Source: Gemmatimonadales bacterium (GTDB lineage: Bacteria; Gemmatimonadota; Gemmatimonadetes; Gemmatimonadales; GWC2-71-9). Taken from it: 64,000 bases of DNA. Position 1 is the stretch's first letter; each line of letters opens with the position of its first letter. This document shows, piece by piece, positions 28,527-38,789 of this stretch. The stretch covers positions 1,056,001-1,120,000 of the forward strand of contig JBBCJC010000005.1 in the NCBI GenBank assembly GCA_037189525.1, in the 5' to 3' direction. Made by a program: the position numbers and the translations under genes. The notes beneath the pieces are model-generated. The model had not been told where the DNA came from and did not search any database. It saw nothing but the letters and a program-made list of their open reading frames with translations.

Positions 28527-29471
28527 TTACGACCGAGGACGCGCCACCAGGGCGAGCGGCACCCGGCGAAGTCCCGACCACACCAGCGCATCGCCCGACG
28601 AACGCACCATCATCTGCCCCGAAATCCCGCCGTCGAGCGCCACGGCGTTCTGCGCGCCGAGCGCACCCATCACCGCTGCCATCTCGGGAGTCGTCAGGCC
28701 CAGCGGCACGAAACCCAGCTGATCGCCGAGCCCGTCGAACCGGGTCATTGCGACGAGGATCCGGCCATCCGGTTCGATCCCGATTGCCACCCGCGCATCG
28801 CGATGCGCCAGGTCCACCCCCCGCCCCGGCTGGCGCAGCGGCTCCGGCACCTGGCCGTTCCGGAGCAGGGTCGGATACGACTGGAAGGCAAAGCGCACCT
28901 TGCCGCCGCGCCGATGCGCAGGCAGCGAGTCGCCGACAATCCATCCGACCTCTCCCTCCCGATCGATGGTGATGGCCGTCGACAACGGACCCACGCCGGG
29001 CGAGAGCCGCTCGACACCGTCCAGCACCAGCCAGCCCCACGGGCTGGTCCGCACGAACTGCCCCGCATTGACCGCGAACAGGACATCGCGATCGACCCGT
29101 TCGACTTGCCAGCTGGGCATCCCGTCGGCGCCATGTCCCGTTTCGAGACTCAGCCTGACCTTCGCGGGGTCCAGACGAACGACAATCAGACGGGTTCGCC
29201 ACGCTTCCCGGCGACCGGCCAGCTTGAGCTGCGCCATCTCGACGCCCGCCGCCGTTGCGGACCAGACGAGCCCCGACGCCAGCACTCGCTGTTCCCGGGA
29301 CCACGCCTCGGGAGCGCGATCCGACCGCCACCAGGTCTGCCAGCGACCGTTCTGCCACCGAGCGAGAGAAGACGCCGGGAGCGCGGACCCATCGCCGCCT
29401 GGAAAGGCGGGGCCGCCCGACGCAACCGTCAGGGTCACGCCGAGCAGCGGCAAGAGGCGGGCAACCTGCAT
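28527..29471 (-). CDS. Phosphodiester glycosidase (NAGPA-like) family secreted protein
   Basis: Signal peptide, AVNAG, RDARVAIG, AVALDGGISGQM. Confidence 0.78.
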   Translation of the reverse strand: MQVARLLPLLGVTLTVASGGPAFPGGDGSALPASSLARWQNGRWQTWWRSDRAPEAWSREQRVLASGLVWSATAAGVEMAQLKLAGRREAWRTRLIVVRLDPAKVRLSLETGHGADGMPSWQVERVDRDVLFAVNAGQFVRTSPWGWLVLDGVERLSPGVGPLSTAITIDREGEVGWIVGDSLPAHRRGGKVRFAFQSYPTLLRNGQVPEPLRQPGRGVDLAHRDARVAIGIEPDGRILVAMTRFDGLGDQLGFVPLGLTTPEMAAVMGALGAQNAVALDGGISGQMMVRSSGDALVWSGLRRVPLALVARPRS

Positions 29472-29475
29472 GGGA

Positions 29476-30384
29476 TCAGAAGTAACGCTGTAAATCGGTG
29501 CGGCGACCGGCCAGATTGGTCCGTTCCGCCGGGCTGAATCCGCCCGCGGGGCGGTCCGTGGGCGCCGAGAGGAACAGGAGGATCCGTTCCCGCGCCATGC
29601 CCAGCTGGCGCTGTTCGAGTCCGCTGGCCCTGACTTCTTCACTGGAGGCACGCTCCTCCATGCTGCGAATGGTCTGAGCCGCCCGACGCTCACGCGCCTC
29701 CAGCGAATCGATCGTCGCGAGCACCGCGGGCGCGGCCGGCATCCGGCCGCAGCGGGCATCGATCGCCGCCGAGTCGGCGGGAGTGGCGACGACCCGGGCT
29801 GCTTCCTGAAGCCGCTGATGGACTCGGCGCATCGCGACGGTATCACCCGCCTGCGTGGCTGCCGCGAGTTCCTGCGACAGCGCCATCACGACCTGCTGGA
29901 GCGCCCGATCATTGGCCACGCGCTCGGTATACCGATCCCGCTGCGCCTGCTCGATGGCGCCGAAGGCATCGTCACGGCATTCCCGAATCCGCGACGAGTT
30001 CTGCCGGTAACGCTCGATGGCGGCACTATTCGCGTCGTACAGGCGCACCCGCTCGTCGATGGTCCGATCCCGCTCCGCACTGAGCGAGGCCAGACTCGGC
30101 GCCCCTGCCTCACCGTCGAGCACGCGGCGCCCCGCCTCCAGACCGGCCACGACCTGGGCCAGGCGCGTGTCGGTCAACTCCAGAATGACCTCGTCGAACG
30201 GCACCGGCGCTTCGCTCGGCGTGCCGGCGACCGTCTGCTCCACCTGCTTCTTCGCTTTCTTGAGCAGCCCGCCGATCTGCGCTTCTGCAGTCGACGCCGC
30301 AATCGTAGCCACCGCGGCCGCCAGTGCTGCCGCACGGCAGGTCAGCAGCACGGTCGGATCCAGCCGGGTGTCAGTGCGCGCCAT
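29476..30384 (-). CDS. Hypothetical secreted helical protein
   Basis: GGGAGGG RBS, signal ending AEAQ, then IGGLLKKAKK; helical composition. Confidence 0.7.
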   Translation of the reverse strand: MARTDTRLDPTVLLTCRAAALAAAVATIAASTAEAQIGGLLKKAKKQVEQTVAGTPSEAPVPFDEVILELTDTRLAQVVAGLEAGRRVLDGEAGAPSLASLSAERDRTIDERVRLYDANSAAIERYRQNSSRIRECRDDAFGAIEQAQRDRYTERVANDRALQQVVMALSQELAAATQAGDTVAMRRVHQRLQEAARVVATPADSAAIDARCGRMPAAPAVLATIDSLEARERRAAQTIRSMEERASSEEVRASGLEQRQLGMARERILLFLSAPTDRPAGGFSPAERTNLAGRRTDLQRYF

Positions 30385-31252
30385 GGTGCCCTCCCTTGGC
30401 CTTAGCCTGAGCCTGCGGAGCGCCGACGCTGAACTGCCTGACCATACCGTGATGGATGTGTTCGCGGCCATCCTTGGCGTCCGGCACGAAACAGTACCAT
30501 GCGTAGGTACCGTCCTCGAGCGAGACAACCATCTTCTGGCTGTCCCCCGGCTCGATCCCGGTGATTCCGCCGAGCGGCATCGCCGGAGGCGGACCCTGAG
30601 GCTTCCGCATCCACTGGAGCAAGTCCGCCGCCGTTTTGCCCGGCGCCAGCTTGGCCAGAAATGCCTCGTGCAACTGGCCCGACCGATTCGAGAACTCGAT
30701 CACGTGCTGCCCGGGCGTCAGCGCATCGGCAAAGACAAAGTCATAGTCCGTCAATGCCGCGCGCGCGGTCACCGGCAGGTCGAGCGGCGGCAGCGGTGCT
30801 CCGGCCACCTCGACGGGCTTGACCATGCCCTTCATGATATGTGGAACACCGTCGGGCGACGGGATATAGCAGACGATTGCGTAGCTGCCGGGCGCCAGAT
30901 CGACCACCGCCACCGACTCGCCCCCGGGCACGGGCGAATTCGGGCCGCCCAGATTCTTGACCCATGGCGGCAGCGGCGTACCCGCGCGGAGCGAAGCAAT
31001 CAGATCGGCCACCGTCTTGCCCTGTTCGAGACGCATCACCCAGACGTGGTGCATCTCCTGGCCGGCGTTGACCAGCCGGATCCGATGCTGACCGGGCCGG
31101 AGCGTAATGGGCATCTCGAAGGCGTAGTCCATCGCCTTGATGACCAGATCCGGCCGATCGGCCGAGGCTTCGGCAACGGGGCGCGTTTCGAAGGAGCGGT
31201 ACAGAGGTACGGCGCCGGCGGCGACCAGTACGAGAAGAGAGACAACGCGCAT
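30371..31252 (-). CDS. Secreted protein with two cupredoxin (type-1 copper) domains
   Basis: Two repeats with His...Cys-x9/10-His-x4-Met ligand sets (CYIPSPDGVPHIMKGM; CFVPDAKDGREHIHHGM). GGAG RBS. Confidence 0.8.
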   Translation of the reverse strand: MRVVSLLVLVAAGAVPLYRSFETRPVAEASADRPDLVIKAMDYAFEMPITLRPGQHRIRLVNAGQEMHHVWVMRLEQGKTVADLIASLRAGTPLPPWVKNLGGPNSPVPGGESVAVVDLAPGSYAIVCYIPSPDGVPHIMKGMVKPVEVAGAPLPPLDLPVTARAALTDYDFVFADALTPGQHVIEFSNRSGQLHEAFLAKLAPGKTAADLLQWMRKPQGPPPAMPLGGITGIEPGDSQKMVVSLEDGTYAWYCFVPDAKDGREHIHHGMVRQFSVGAPQAQAKAKGGHHGAH

Positions 31253-31390
31253 AAACAACTCCGCAAAGATTTGGGTTTCGCATCACTCGAAACCAAATCT
31301 CTGCGGCGGCAATTACCGGAAGCTTATCGCCGGGATACCGACCCTATTACGGCAGCGGCCCTCTGCTTACGGCCGTTCCGGCAATGTCTC

Positions 31391-31963
31391 TTAATTCTTT
31401 GAGATTGTTGAGGTTAGCAGCATTGCAATGGTTTGGTCATCGGCCCCGGTGGCCAGTTGCCGGCCCACCTGCTCCACCGCCCGGCCCGGCTCGGTACCGC
31501 GCGCGGTGAGGCGAGCCATGACGTCGAGCGGAATCATCAGCGATCGCGCCGGTGAGACGGCGCGCACCAGGAACGAGAGCTGCGCCGGGGTGCCGCCCTG
31601 TTCGAGGACCAACGCTGCCAGAACGATCTCGCGCTGATCAGCTAGGCGGCCGGCCTCCCGAAACTCCCGGCTCACCAGCTCGAGCCGGGTCATCGCCGCC
31701 TCCGCAGCGGCCACGAGCTGCGGAGCGGGAACCCGCCGCGCCTGACCGGCTTCGACCCGATCGACGATCGGCTGCGTGGGGAGACCTGCAACACGGGCCT
31801 CGTGCAACAATGCTTCGATCCGAGCCCGCGCATCAGGCCCCAGCCGGCCGAGCACTTGTACTTCCCGATTGGCCTCGGCTTCAGTCAGCAGAGGATCACC
31901 CTGAGCCAAGCCAAGATCCGAGCCTCCCAGGACGACCAGAATAGCGAGGGCGACGCTGCGCAT
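31391..31963 (-). CDS. Hypothetical secreted protein
   Basis: GAGGAGG RBS, signal peptide ending GLAQ, GLPTQPIVDRV. Confidence 0.7.
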   Translation of the reverse strand: MRSVALAILVVLGGSDLGLAQGDPLLTEAEANREVQVLGRLGPDARARIEALLHEARVAGLPTQPIVDRVEAGQARRVPAPQLVAAAEAAMTRLELVSREFREAGRLADQREIVLAALVLEQGGTPAQLSFLVRAVSPARSLMIPLDVMARLTARGTEPGRAVEQVGRQLATGADDQTIAMLLTSTISKN

Positions 31964-32055
31964 GTTTCCTCCTCACTTCGGGCGTATCGCGCGTCATGCA
32001 GATTGTAAGAACGACGAACGACCGCACCATGCACGCACGTCCGAATTTCAGCCGC

Positions 32056-32093
32056 AAACAAAAGCGGCGCGCTCCCGAAGGAACGCGCCGCTT
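32056..32093 (-). terminator. Intrinsic terminator after glmS
   Basis: Minus strand AAGCGGCGCGTTCC-ttcg-GGAGCGCGCCGCTT then TTGTTT. Confidence 0.85.
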
Positions 32094-32113
32094 CAATGCC
32101 ACTGGAGAAGTCG

Positions 32114-33940
32114 TTACTCGACCGTCACACTCTTGGCGAGATTCCGAGGCTGGTCGACGTTGCATCCACGCAGCACGGCCACATAGTACGAGAAGAGCTG
32201 CAGCGGCACACTGGCGAGAATCGGCGTCAGCAGGTCGTGCGTCGCCGGCAGGGGGAAGGTATCCTCCGCCAGTTTGCCGATCTCGACATCTCCCTCGGTC
32301 ACCAGCGCAATGACACGCCCCTTACGCGCCTTCACCTCTTCGACGTTGGAGACGATCTTCGAATAGACCGCGTCCTTGGGCGCAATGATGACGACCGGCA
32401 TGTTCTCATCGATCAGCGCGATCGGCCCATGCTTCATCTCGGCCGCCGGATATCCCTCGGCGTGGATGTACGAAATCTCTTTGAGCTTGAGCGCGCCCTC
32501 GAGCGCCACCGGGAAATTGACACCGCGTCCGAGATAGAGGCAGTTGGTGGCCTGATGGTAGCGCTTGGCCAGCTCTTCGATTTCTTCCGACCGAGCCAGG
32601 ATCTGGCGGATTTGATCGGGCAGGCGATTGAGCGCCGAGATGAATTCACGCCCCTGCAGCAGGCTCAGGTTCTTGAGCCGCGCCATGCGGAGCGCCACCA
32701 TCGCGAGCGCCGCGACCTGACTGTTGAACGCCTTGGTGCTGGCGACGCCGATTTCCGCGCCGGCGCGCAGGTAGAGCCCGCCGTCGACTTCGCGCGCGAT
32801 GGTCGATCCGACCACGTTGACCAGACCGATGACCCGGGCGCCACGCCGCTTGGCTTCACGAATGGCCGCGAGGGTGTCCGCCGTTTCGCCCGACTGCGAA
32901 ATCGCAATGACGAGGCAGCGATCATCGAGCACCGGATTGCGATACCGGAACTCGGAGGCGTACTCGACCTCGACCGGCACCCGCGCCAGCTCTTCGATCA
33001 TGTACTCGCCGATCAACCCGGCGTGCCACGAGGTGCCGCAGGCCGTGATGATGATCCGGTCGAAGCGCTTGAGTTCGTCGTCGGACAGATTGAGTCCGCG
33101 GAGCCGCGCCGTGCCCTCTTCCTCGAGCAGGTGACCGCGCAGCGTATTCCAGAGGCTGTCCGGCTGCTCGAAAATTTCCTTGAGCATGAAGTGTGGATAG
33201 CCGCCACGCTCGATGGTGGCGAGATCCCACTCGATCTGATTGACCGTCTTGGCAACGTGCGTCTGCGTCAGATTGCGCACCCGGTAGCCGTCACGCTTGA
33301 GCACGGCCATTTCGCCGTCATCGAGATAGATGACCGAGCGAGTGTGCTCCAGAATGGCGGACGCATCGGACGCAACGAAGTACTCGCCTTCGCCGACGCC
33401 GACCAAGAGGGGCGAGCCGTTACGCGCAGCAACCAGCGTTCCCGGTTCCTCCGACGAAATCACCGCGATACCATAGGCGCCTTCGACGTCCCAGAGGGCG
33501 TTGGCCACGGCCTCTTCGAGGTCGCCGGTGTAGTACTCGCCGATCAGATGGGCCAGCACCTCGGTGTCGGTTTCCGACTGAAAGGTGTGGTTGCGCATCT
33601 GCAACGCCTTCCGAATCGTGGTCGCGTTCTCGATGATCCCGTTATGGATCACCGCGATGCGACCCGACTGATCGAGGTGCGGATGGGCATTGTGTGTGGT
33701 CGGCGCGCCATGGGTGGCCCACCGGGTGTGCCCGATCCCGACGGTACCTTCGGGCGCGCCCGACTTGAGCTGCTCGGTGAGCACCGAGAGCTTCCCGGCC
33801 GCTTTCCGGACTTTGACGCCGGCGCCATTGATGACCGCGATCCCGGCGGAGTCGTACCCGCGGTACTCCATCCGCTTGAGACCGTCGATCAGGATGCTGC
33901 CCGCTTGCCGCGGTCCCACGTATCCGACAATTCCGCACAT
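32114..33940 (-). CDS. glmS: Glutamine--fructose-6-phosphate aminotransferase
   Basis: MCGIVG, EYRGYDSAG, HTRWATHG, SQSGETADT, C-terminal PRNLAKSVTVE. Confidence 0.98.
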   Translation of the reverse strand: MCGIVGYVGPRQAGSILIDGLKRMEYRGYDSAGIAVINGAGVKVRKAAGKLSVLTEQLKSGAPEGTVGIGHTRWATHGAPTTHNAHPHLDQSGRIAVIHNGIIENATTIRKALQMRNHTFQSETDTEVLAHLIGEYYTGDLEEAVANALWDVEGAYGIAVISSEEPGTLVAARNGSPLLVGVGEGEYFVASDASAILEHTRSVIYLDDGEMAVLKRDGYRVRNLTQTHVAKTVNQIEWDLATIERGGYPHFMLKEIFEQPDSLWNTLRGHLLEEEGTARLRGLNLSDDELKRFDRIIITACGTSWHAGLIGEYMIEELARVPVEVEYASEFRYRNPVLDDRCLVIAISQSGETADTLAAIREAKRRGARVIGLVNVVGSTIAREVDGGLYLRAGAEIGVASTKAFNSQVAALAMVALRMARLKNLSLLQGREFISALNRLPDQIRQILARSEEIEELAKRYHQATNCLYLGRGVNFPVALEGALKLKEISYIHAEGYPAAEMKHGPIALIDENMPVVIIAPKDAVYSKIVSNVEEVKARKGRVIALVTEGDVEIGKLAEDTFPLPATHDLLTPILASVPLQLFSYYVAVLRGCNVDQPRNLAKSVTVE

Positions 33941-33942
33941 AG

Positions 33943-35310
33943 TTACAGGCCCTGACAGGTTGCGATGAGTTCCTGCGCCAAACCCTCTGTGGGTGCCTCG
34001 GCGATATACCGGATGATCGGCTCCGTCCCCGATGGGCGAACATGCACCCACCGATCCGGCCACGAGAGCCGGAGACCATCTCGCGTATCGGCCTCCGCAT
34101 CCGGGAACCGGCTCCGCAGCGCCGGGTACAGAACGTCCAAGTCGATGCCCCGTGGGGACTTGGCTTTGACGATCTTGTACCGTGGCGCCGCTGCAACGAT
34201 CTGACTCGGTCGTTGCGCCGTCGCCGCAAGGTGCTGCAAGATCAGCGCCACACCCAAGGGTGCGTCACGACCGATATGGAGCGCCGGGAGAATGACACCC
34301 CCGTTCCCTTCGCCCCCGATCAGGGCGTGCTCGGCCTTGATGGTCGCGGCCACATTGGCCTCGCCGACCGGAGCCCGCACAAACCGCCCGCCGGATTCCC
34401 GCGCCGCGTCTTCGACCACCAGCGAGGTCGAGAGATTGGCCACGACCACGGGCGTCACCCCGTCACGCCGGCTCGACGGATGGGCCAGGACGGCCCGCAC
34501 CGCAAAGGCCAGGGTATAGTCCTCACCGATCGCGTCACCATGTTCGTCGACCAGGGCGAGCCGATCGACATCGGGGTCCACCGCCATCCCGATATCGGCG
34601 CCCGACTCGCGCACCAGCCGGCTCAAGTCGCCCAGGTTTTCCGGAATCGGCTCCGGCTCATGCGGAAACCGGCCGTCGGTTTCCAGATGGATACCGATCA
34701 CCTCACAGCCAAGACGTTCGAGCAAGGCCGGAATGACACGCCCGCCGGCTCCCCGCACGCAATCGAGCGCCACCCGGAACCGCCGGCTCCGGATCAGCGC
34801 CGCATCGATCAGCGGCAGCGCCAGCACCGCATCGAGGTGCCGCACGATGGCGTCGGGGTCGGTGCGCACCGACCCGATTCCGTCCCATCCTCCACGCGGC
34901 ACGCCCTGCTCAGCAAGCTGCCGGACTACGGTACCCGCGGCCGCATCGAGGAAGATCCCGTCCGGACCGACGAACTTGAGCGCATTCCAGGCAATCGGAT
35001 TGTGGCTCGCCGTGATGATGAGCCCCGCCCCCGCGTGATGATGCTCGACCGCCAGCTGCACCGTGGGTGTGGGCACCACGCCGACATCGATGACATCCAC
35101 ACCGACCGACATCAGGCCGGCAATCGCGGCGTGAGTGAACATTTCCCCGCTGGTTCGGGCATCGCGGCCCAGCACCACGAGCGGCCGGCCGCTGGCACGT
35201 GCCCAGCTGCCGAGCGCCGCCGCGTGGCGGGCCACCAGTTCCGGCGTGAGGTCCGAACCGACCAGGCCACGCATGCCGGAGACCGAAATCATCAGGGTCG
35301 AAGAAGTCAT
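33943..35310 (-). CDS. glmM: Phosphoglucosamine mutase (alpha-phosphohexomutase)
   Basis: ITASHNP, DPDVDR, GGEGNGG, RPSGTEP; adjacent to glmS. Confidence 0.88.
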   Translation of the reverse strand: MTSSTLMISVSGMRGLVGSDLTPELVARHAAALGSWARASGRPLVVLGRDARTSGEMFTHAAIAGLMSVGVDVIDVGVVPTPTVQLAVEHHHAGAGLIITASHNPIAWNALKFVGPDGIFLDAAAGTVVRQLAEQGVPRGGWDGIGSVRTDPDAIVRHLDAVLALPLIDAALIRSRRFRVALDCVRGAGGRVIPALLERLGCEVIGIHLETDGRFPHEPEPIPENLGDLSRLVRESGADIGMAVDPDVDRLALVDEHGDAIGEDYTLAFAVRAVLAHPSSRRDGVTPVVVANLSTSLVVEDAARESGGRFVRAPVGEANVAATIKAEHALIGGEGNGGVILPALHIGRDAPLGVALILQHLAATAQRPSQIVAAAPRYKIVKAKSPRGIDLDVLYPALRSRFPDAEADTRDGLRLSWPDRWVHVRPSGTEPIIRYIAEAPTEGLAQELIATCQGL

Positions 35311-35350
35311 GATTACGCTTTGATTGAAGTCGAAAATTGAGTCCGCCCCC

Positions 35351-36424
35351 TCACGACGAGGGCAGCAATGTGTCCAGATTGGGGAAGGCGCGTTCGAACG
35401 CCGCCACGACGTCGGGATCGAACTGATGCCCGGCGCAGCGGCGCAGTTCCTCCATCGCTTCCGCCGGACTGCGACAGGGACGGTAGGCGCGATTGGTCGT
35501 CATCGCATCGAACGCATCGACCACGCAGGCAATCCGGGCCACCATCGGGATCTGATCACCCTTGAGTCGGTCGGGGAATCCCGATCCGTCGAGCCGCTCA
35601 TGGTGAAAACGAACGATCTGGAGAACCGCCGGGTGATCCTGCCGGAGCGGCTCCAGAATCTCCTCGCCTTCGATGACGTGCTTCTGGATCTCCAGAAACT
35701 CATCCGGCGTGAGCGGCCCGGGCTTGTGCAGCACCGCATCGCGCGTGCCGATCTTCCCGATATCATGGAGGTCGCCGCCCAGGCGGATCTGATCGAGCAA
35801 TGCGCCGGTATAGCCGAGCACCAGCCCCGTTTTGACGGCGTACCAACTGACCCGCTGCGAATGGCCTCGGGTATAGACGTCTTTCTTCTCGAGCATCCGC
35901 ACGGCCATCTGGATCTGGCCCAGAAACTGTTCGCGGTTCTTGAGATCGAGCTCGCGCAGCTGGCGTTCGAGCCGTTCCTGGTAGCTCTGCTGCAGGTACC
36001 GGTTCTCGAGCACCAGGCGCCGCTTTTCGAGCGCCCGCTCGACCCGGACCCGGAATTCCTCGATCAGGATCGGCTTGGCCAGATAGTCGACGGCCCCTTG
36101 CTGCAGGGATTCCACCGCCGTGGTCACCTCGGCCACGCCGGTCAGCATCAGTACCGCCGTGTCCGGATGGCGCTTGACCAGCTCCTTGAGGAAGCTGATC
36201 CCGTCCATTTCCGGCATGTAGATGTCGCTGATCACGAGGGGGAGCCCCCCGGCTTCGGCGAGGATGCTGAGTGCCGCCCGGCCGTTCTCCGCCTCGAGCG
36301 GACTGACCCCGATGGCACGCAGCACCTTGCAAAGGGTCCGGCGAACTTGCGGATCGTCATCGACGACCAGCGCCTGGGCAGCACTGAGCGGTTCCGTCGG
36401 GTTGCCCGGATGGTGGTAGGTCAT
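35351..36424 (-). CDS. Response regulator with HD-GYP cyclic-dinucleotide phosphodiesterase domain
   Basis: REC (VVDDD, SDIYMP, KP); TRGHS, HDIGK, HHERLDGSGFP (GFP variant), DAFDAMT. Confidence 0.92.
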   Translation of the reverse strand: MTYHHPGNPTEPLSAAQALVVDDDPQVRRTLCKVLRAIGVSPLEAENGRAALSILAEAGGLPLVISDIYMPEMDGISFLKELVKRHPDTAVLMLTGVAEVTTAVESLQQGAVDYLAKPILIEEFRVRVERALEKRRLVLENRYLQQSYQERLERQLRELDLKNREQFLGQIQMAVRMLEKKDVYTRGHSQRVSWYAVKTGLVLGYTGALLDQIRLGGDLHDIGKIGTRDAVLHKPGPLTPDEFLEIQKHVIEGEEILEPLRQDHPAVLQIVRFHHERLDGSGFPDRLKGDQIPMVARIACVVDAFDAMTTNRAYRPCRSPAEAMEELRRCAGHQFDPDVVAAFERAFPNLDTLLPSS

Positions 36425-36523
36425 TAGCGTCTAAGTTATTATCCCTGAACAGCTTCCTCAACGTGAAGAAGCTGGTCGACGAGGGTGGCCCCGCGAGGGG
36501 TACCCGCCTCCTATGCAAAAGCC

Positions 36524-37693
36524 ATGACCCGTCTTCGCGACCACGACAAAAGCCATCGCCCCGGCACCCGCGCCATCCACGCCGGCCGCATCGACGACCA
36601 GAATGCCGGCGCCATCATGCCGCCGATCTATCAGACGTCGACCTACCGGCAGGAGGGCCTGGGCCAGCACAAAGGCTACGAGTACGGTCGGACCCAGAAC
36701 CCGACCCGTGAGGCGCTGGAACGGAACGTCGCGAGCCTGGAAGGGGCCGAATATGGCTTTGCCTTCGGATCGGGCTCGGCAGCGCTCGATGCGGTGCTCA
36801 AGCTGTTCAAGGCGGGCGACCACATCATCTGCGGCGACAACGTCTACGGCGGCACCATGCGGGCCATGGTCCGGGTCTTCCAGCCGCTCGGCCTGACCTT
36901 CACGTTCGTCGACATGCGGGACCCGGAAAACGTGGCCCGAGCGGTGACGCCCGCGACCCGGATGGTCTTCTGCGAGACGCCGACCAACCCGATGATGTTC
37001 CTTGTGGACCTTGCGGCCATCGGCGACATCTGCCAGGCGCAGGGACTCCTCTTTGCCGTCGACAACACCTTTGCGAGCCCGATCTTCCAGCGCCCGCTCG
37101 AACTGGGCGCCGAACTGGTGCTGCACTCGACCACCAAGTTCCTGAACGGTCACAGCGACATGATCGGCGGGATCGTGGTCACCTCGCGCGACGACCTGGC
37201 CGAGCGGATCGGATTCCTCCAGAACGCGACCGGCGCCGTCCCCGGCCCGCTCGACTGCTGGCTGGCGCTCCGCGGCATCAAGACCCTGCCGGTCCGGATG
37301 GCCCGGCACGACAGCAACGGACGCGCGGTGGCCACCTGGCTCGCGGCCCGGACGGATATTCAGGCCGTCTATTACCCCGGCCTGATTTCGCACCCGCAGC
37401 ACGAGCTGGCCAAACGGCAGATGTCCGGATTCGGCGGGATGATCTCGTTCGAGGTGGGCGACGCCGCCCGAGCCCAGCGGATCGTCGGGGCCACCCGGAT
37501 CTTTGCCCTGGCCGAGTCGCTGGGCGGGGTGGAGAGCCTGATCGGTCACCCGGCCTCGCAGACCCATGCCTCGGTGCCGGCCTCGCACCGGCAGGCCATC
37601 GGGCTGACCGACAGCCTGGTCCGCCTTTCGGTCGGGATCGAGGAAATCGAGGACCTGATCGAGGACCTGGACCAGGCGATGGCTGCCAAGTAG
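36524..37693 (+). CDS. Cystathionine gamma-synthase/gamma-lyase family PLP enzyme
   Basis: PPIYQTST, YGRTQNPT, ETPTNP, VDNTF, HSTTKFLNGHSD, AESLGGVESL. Confidence 0.93.
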   Translation: MTRLRDHDKSHRPGTRAIHAGRIDDQNAGAIMPPIYQTSTYRQEGLGQHKGYEYGRTQNPTREALERNVASLEGAEYGFAFGSGSAALDAVLKLFKAGDHIICGDNVYGGTMRAMVRVFQPLGLTFTFVDMRDPENVARAVTPATRMVFCETPTNPMMFLVDLAAIGDICQAQGLLFAVDNTFASPIFQRPLELGAELVLHSTTKFLNGHSDMIGGIVVTSRDDLAERIGFLQNATGAVPGPLDCWLALRGIKTLPVRMARHDSNGRAVATWLAARTDIQAVYYPGLISHPQHELAKRQMSGFGGMISFEVGDAARAQRIVGATRIFALAESLGGVESLIGHPASQTHASVPASHRQAIGLTDSLVRLSVGIEEIEDLIEDLDQAMAAK

Positions 37694-37775
37694 GCAGGAT
37701 TGAGTCCGGCGTGGTCCGCCGGAACCAACCGGCTACTTTTCGCGTACGGAACCGACCTTCAACGCCGAGCGCGTC

Positions 37776-38789
37776 ATGTCACTGCCCGCCCCCCGTACCC
37801 GGGTGACCTTTCCCGGAATCGCTCCGGTCTCCTGGGAGCACCCTGCCGACCGAGCCGCGCTGCAGTCCATGCGCGCGGTGCCCGGGTTCGAGGACGTCGT
37901 CCGCAAGGTCATCGCGATCCTGGGCGGCGAACGCGGCATCCGCCTGCTCTTCCAGGGCAACGCCGTCCGGGTCAGCCCGAAGCAGTATCCGCGGGCCCAT
38001 CAGCTGCTGGTCGAAGTCTGCACCACCTTCGACTGGCCCAAGGCGCCCGAGATGTACGTCTCGCAGACGCCGATCTTCAACGCCGGCGCCTACGGCGTCG
38101 ATGATCCCTTCATCGTGATTCATTCGGCCGCGCTCGAACTGCTCGACGATGAGGAGTTGCGCGCCCTGATTGCCCACGAGATGGGCCATGTGATGAGCGG
38201 CCACGCCCTCTATCACACCATCGCCGCGATTCTCTTTCTGGTCAGCCTCTCGGCGCTGCCCTTCCTCGCCGGCATCGCGCTCCTGCCGGTCAAGCTGGCG
38301 GTGCTCGAATGGTCCCGGAAGTCGGAGCTCTCTGCCGACCGAGCGGGTATGCTGGGCAGCCAGAACATCCTGGCGGCGCAGCAACTGTTCATGAAAATGG
38401 CCGGCGGCTATCGCGGCGCGCTCGAGTCGGGCCAGATGGACCTGAACGAGTTCATGACTCAGGCCAACGAGTACGCCGGCAGCAACGAAGGGCTCGACAT
38501 CATCTACAAGGCGCTCAACACGCTCGGCCTGACCCATCCGATGAACACGGTCCGCGCCGCCGAGATTCAGGCCTGGCTCGGTTCGGGCGACTACGACCGG
38601 ATCATCCGCGGCGAGTACACTCACCGCGGCGCCGAAGCCAAGGAGCGTTCGCTGGGCGACGACCTGAGCGCCGCCAAGAACTACTATCGCGATGCCGGTA
38701 AGGAAGTCGCGAGCAATGTGGCCGATGCCGCCAAGCGCGCGGCGCAAGCGGCCAAGGACGCCTTCACGAAAGCACGCAGCGGCACGTGA
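37776..38789 (+). CDS. M48 family zinc metallopeptidase
   Basis: FNAGA, AHEMGH, ELSADR, THP...R. Confidence 0.88.
   Translation: MSLPAPRTRVTFPGIAPVSWEHPADRAALQSMRAVPGFEDVVRKVIAILGGERGIRLLFQGNAVRVSPKQYPRAHQLLVEVCTTFDWPKAPEMYVSQTPIFNAGAYGVDDPFIVIHSAALELLDDEELRALIAHEMGHVMSGHALYHTIAAILFLVSLSALPFLAGIALLPVKLAVLEWSRKSELSADRAGMLGSQNILAAQQLFMKMAGGYRGALESGQMDLNEFMTQANEYAGSNEGLDIIYKALNTLGLTHPMNTVRAAEIQAWLGSGDYDRIIRGEYTHRGAEAKERSLGDDLSAAKNYYRDAGKEVASNVADAAKRAAQAAKDAFTKARSGT

Noticed and set aside
33941..34063. glmS ribozyme or N-terminal extension of GlmS
   Set aside because: glmM ends 2 nt before MCGIVG, leaving no leader; GlmS needs Cys at position 2.
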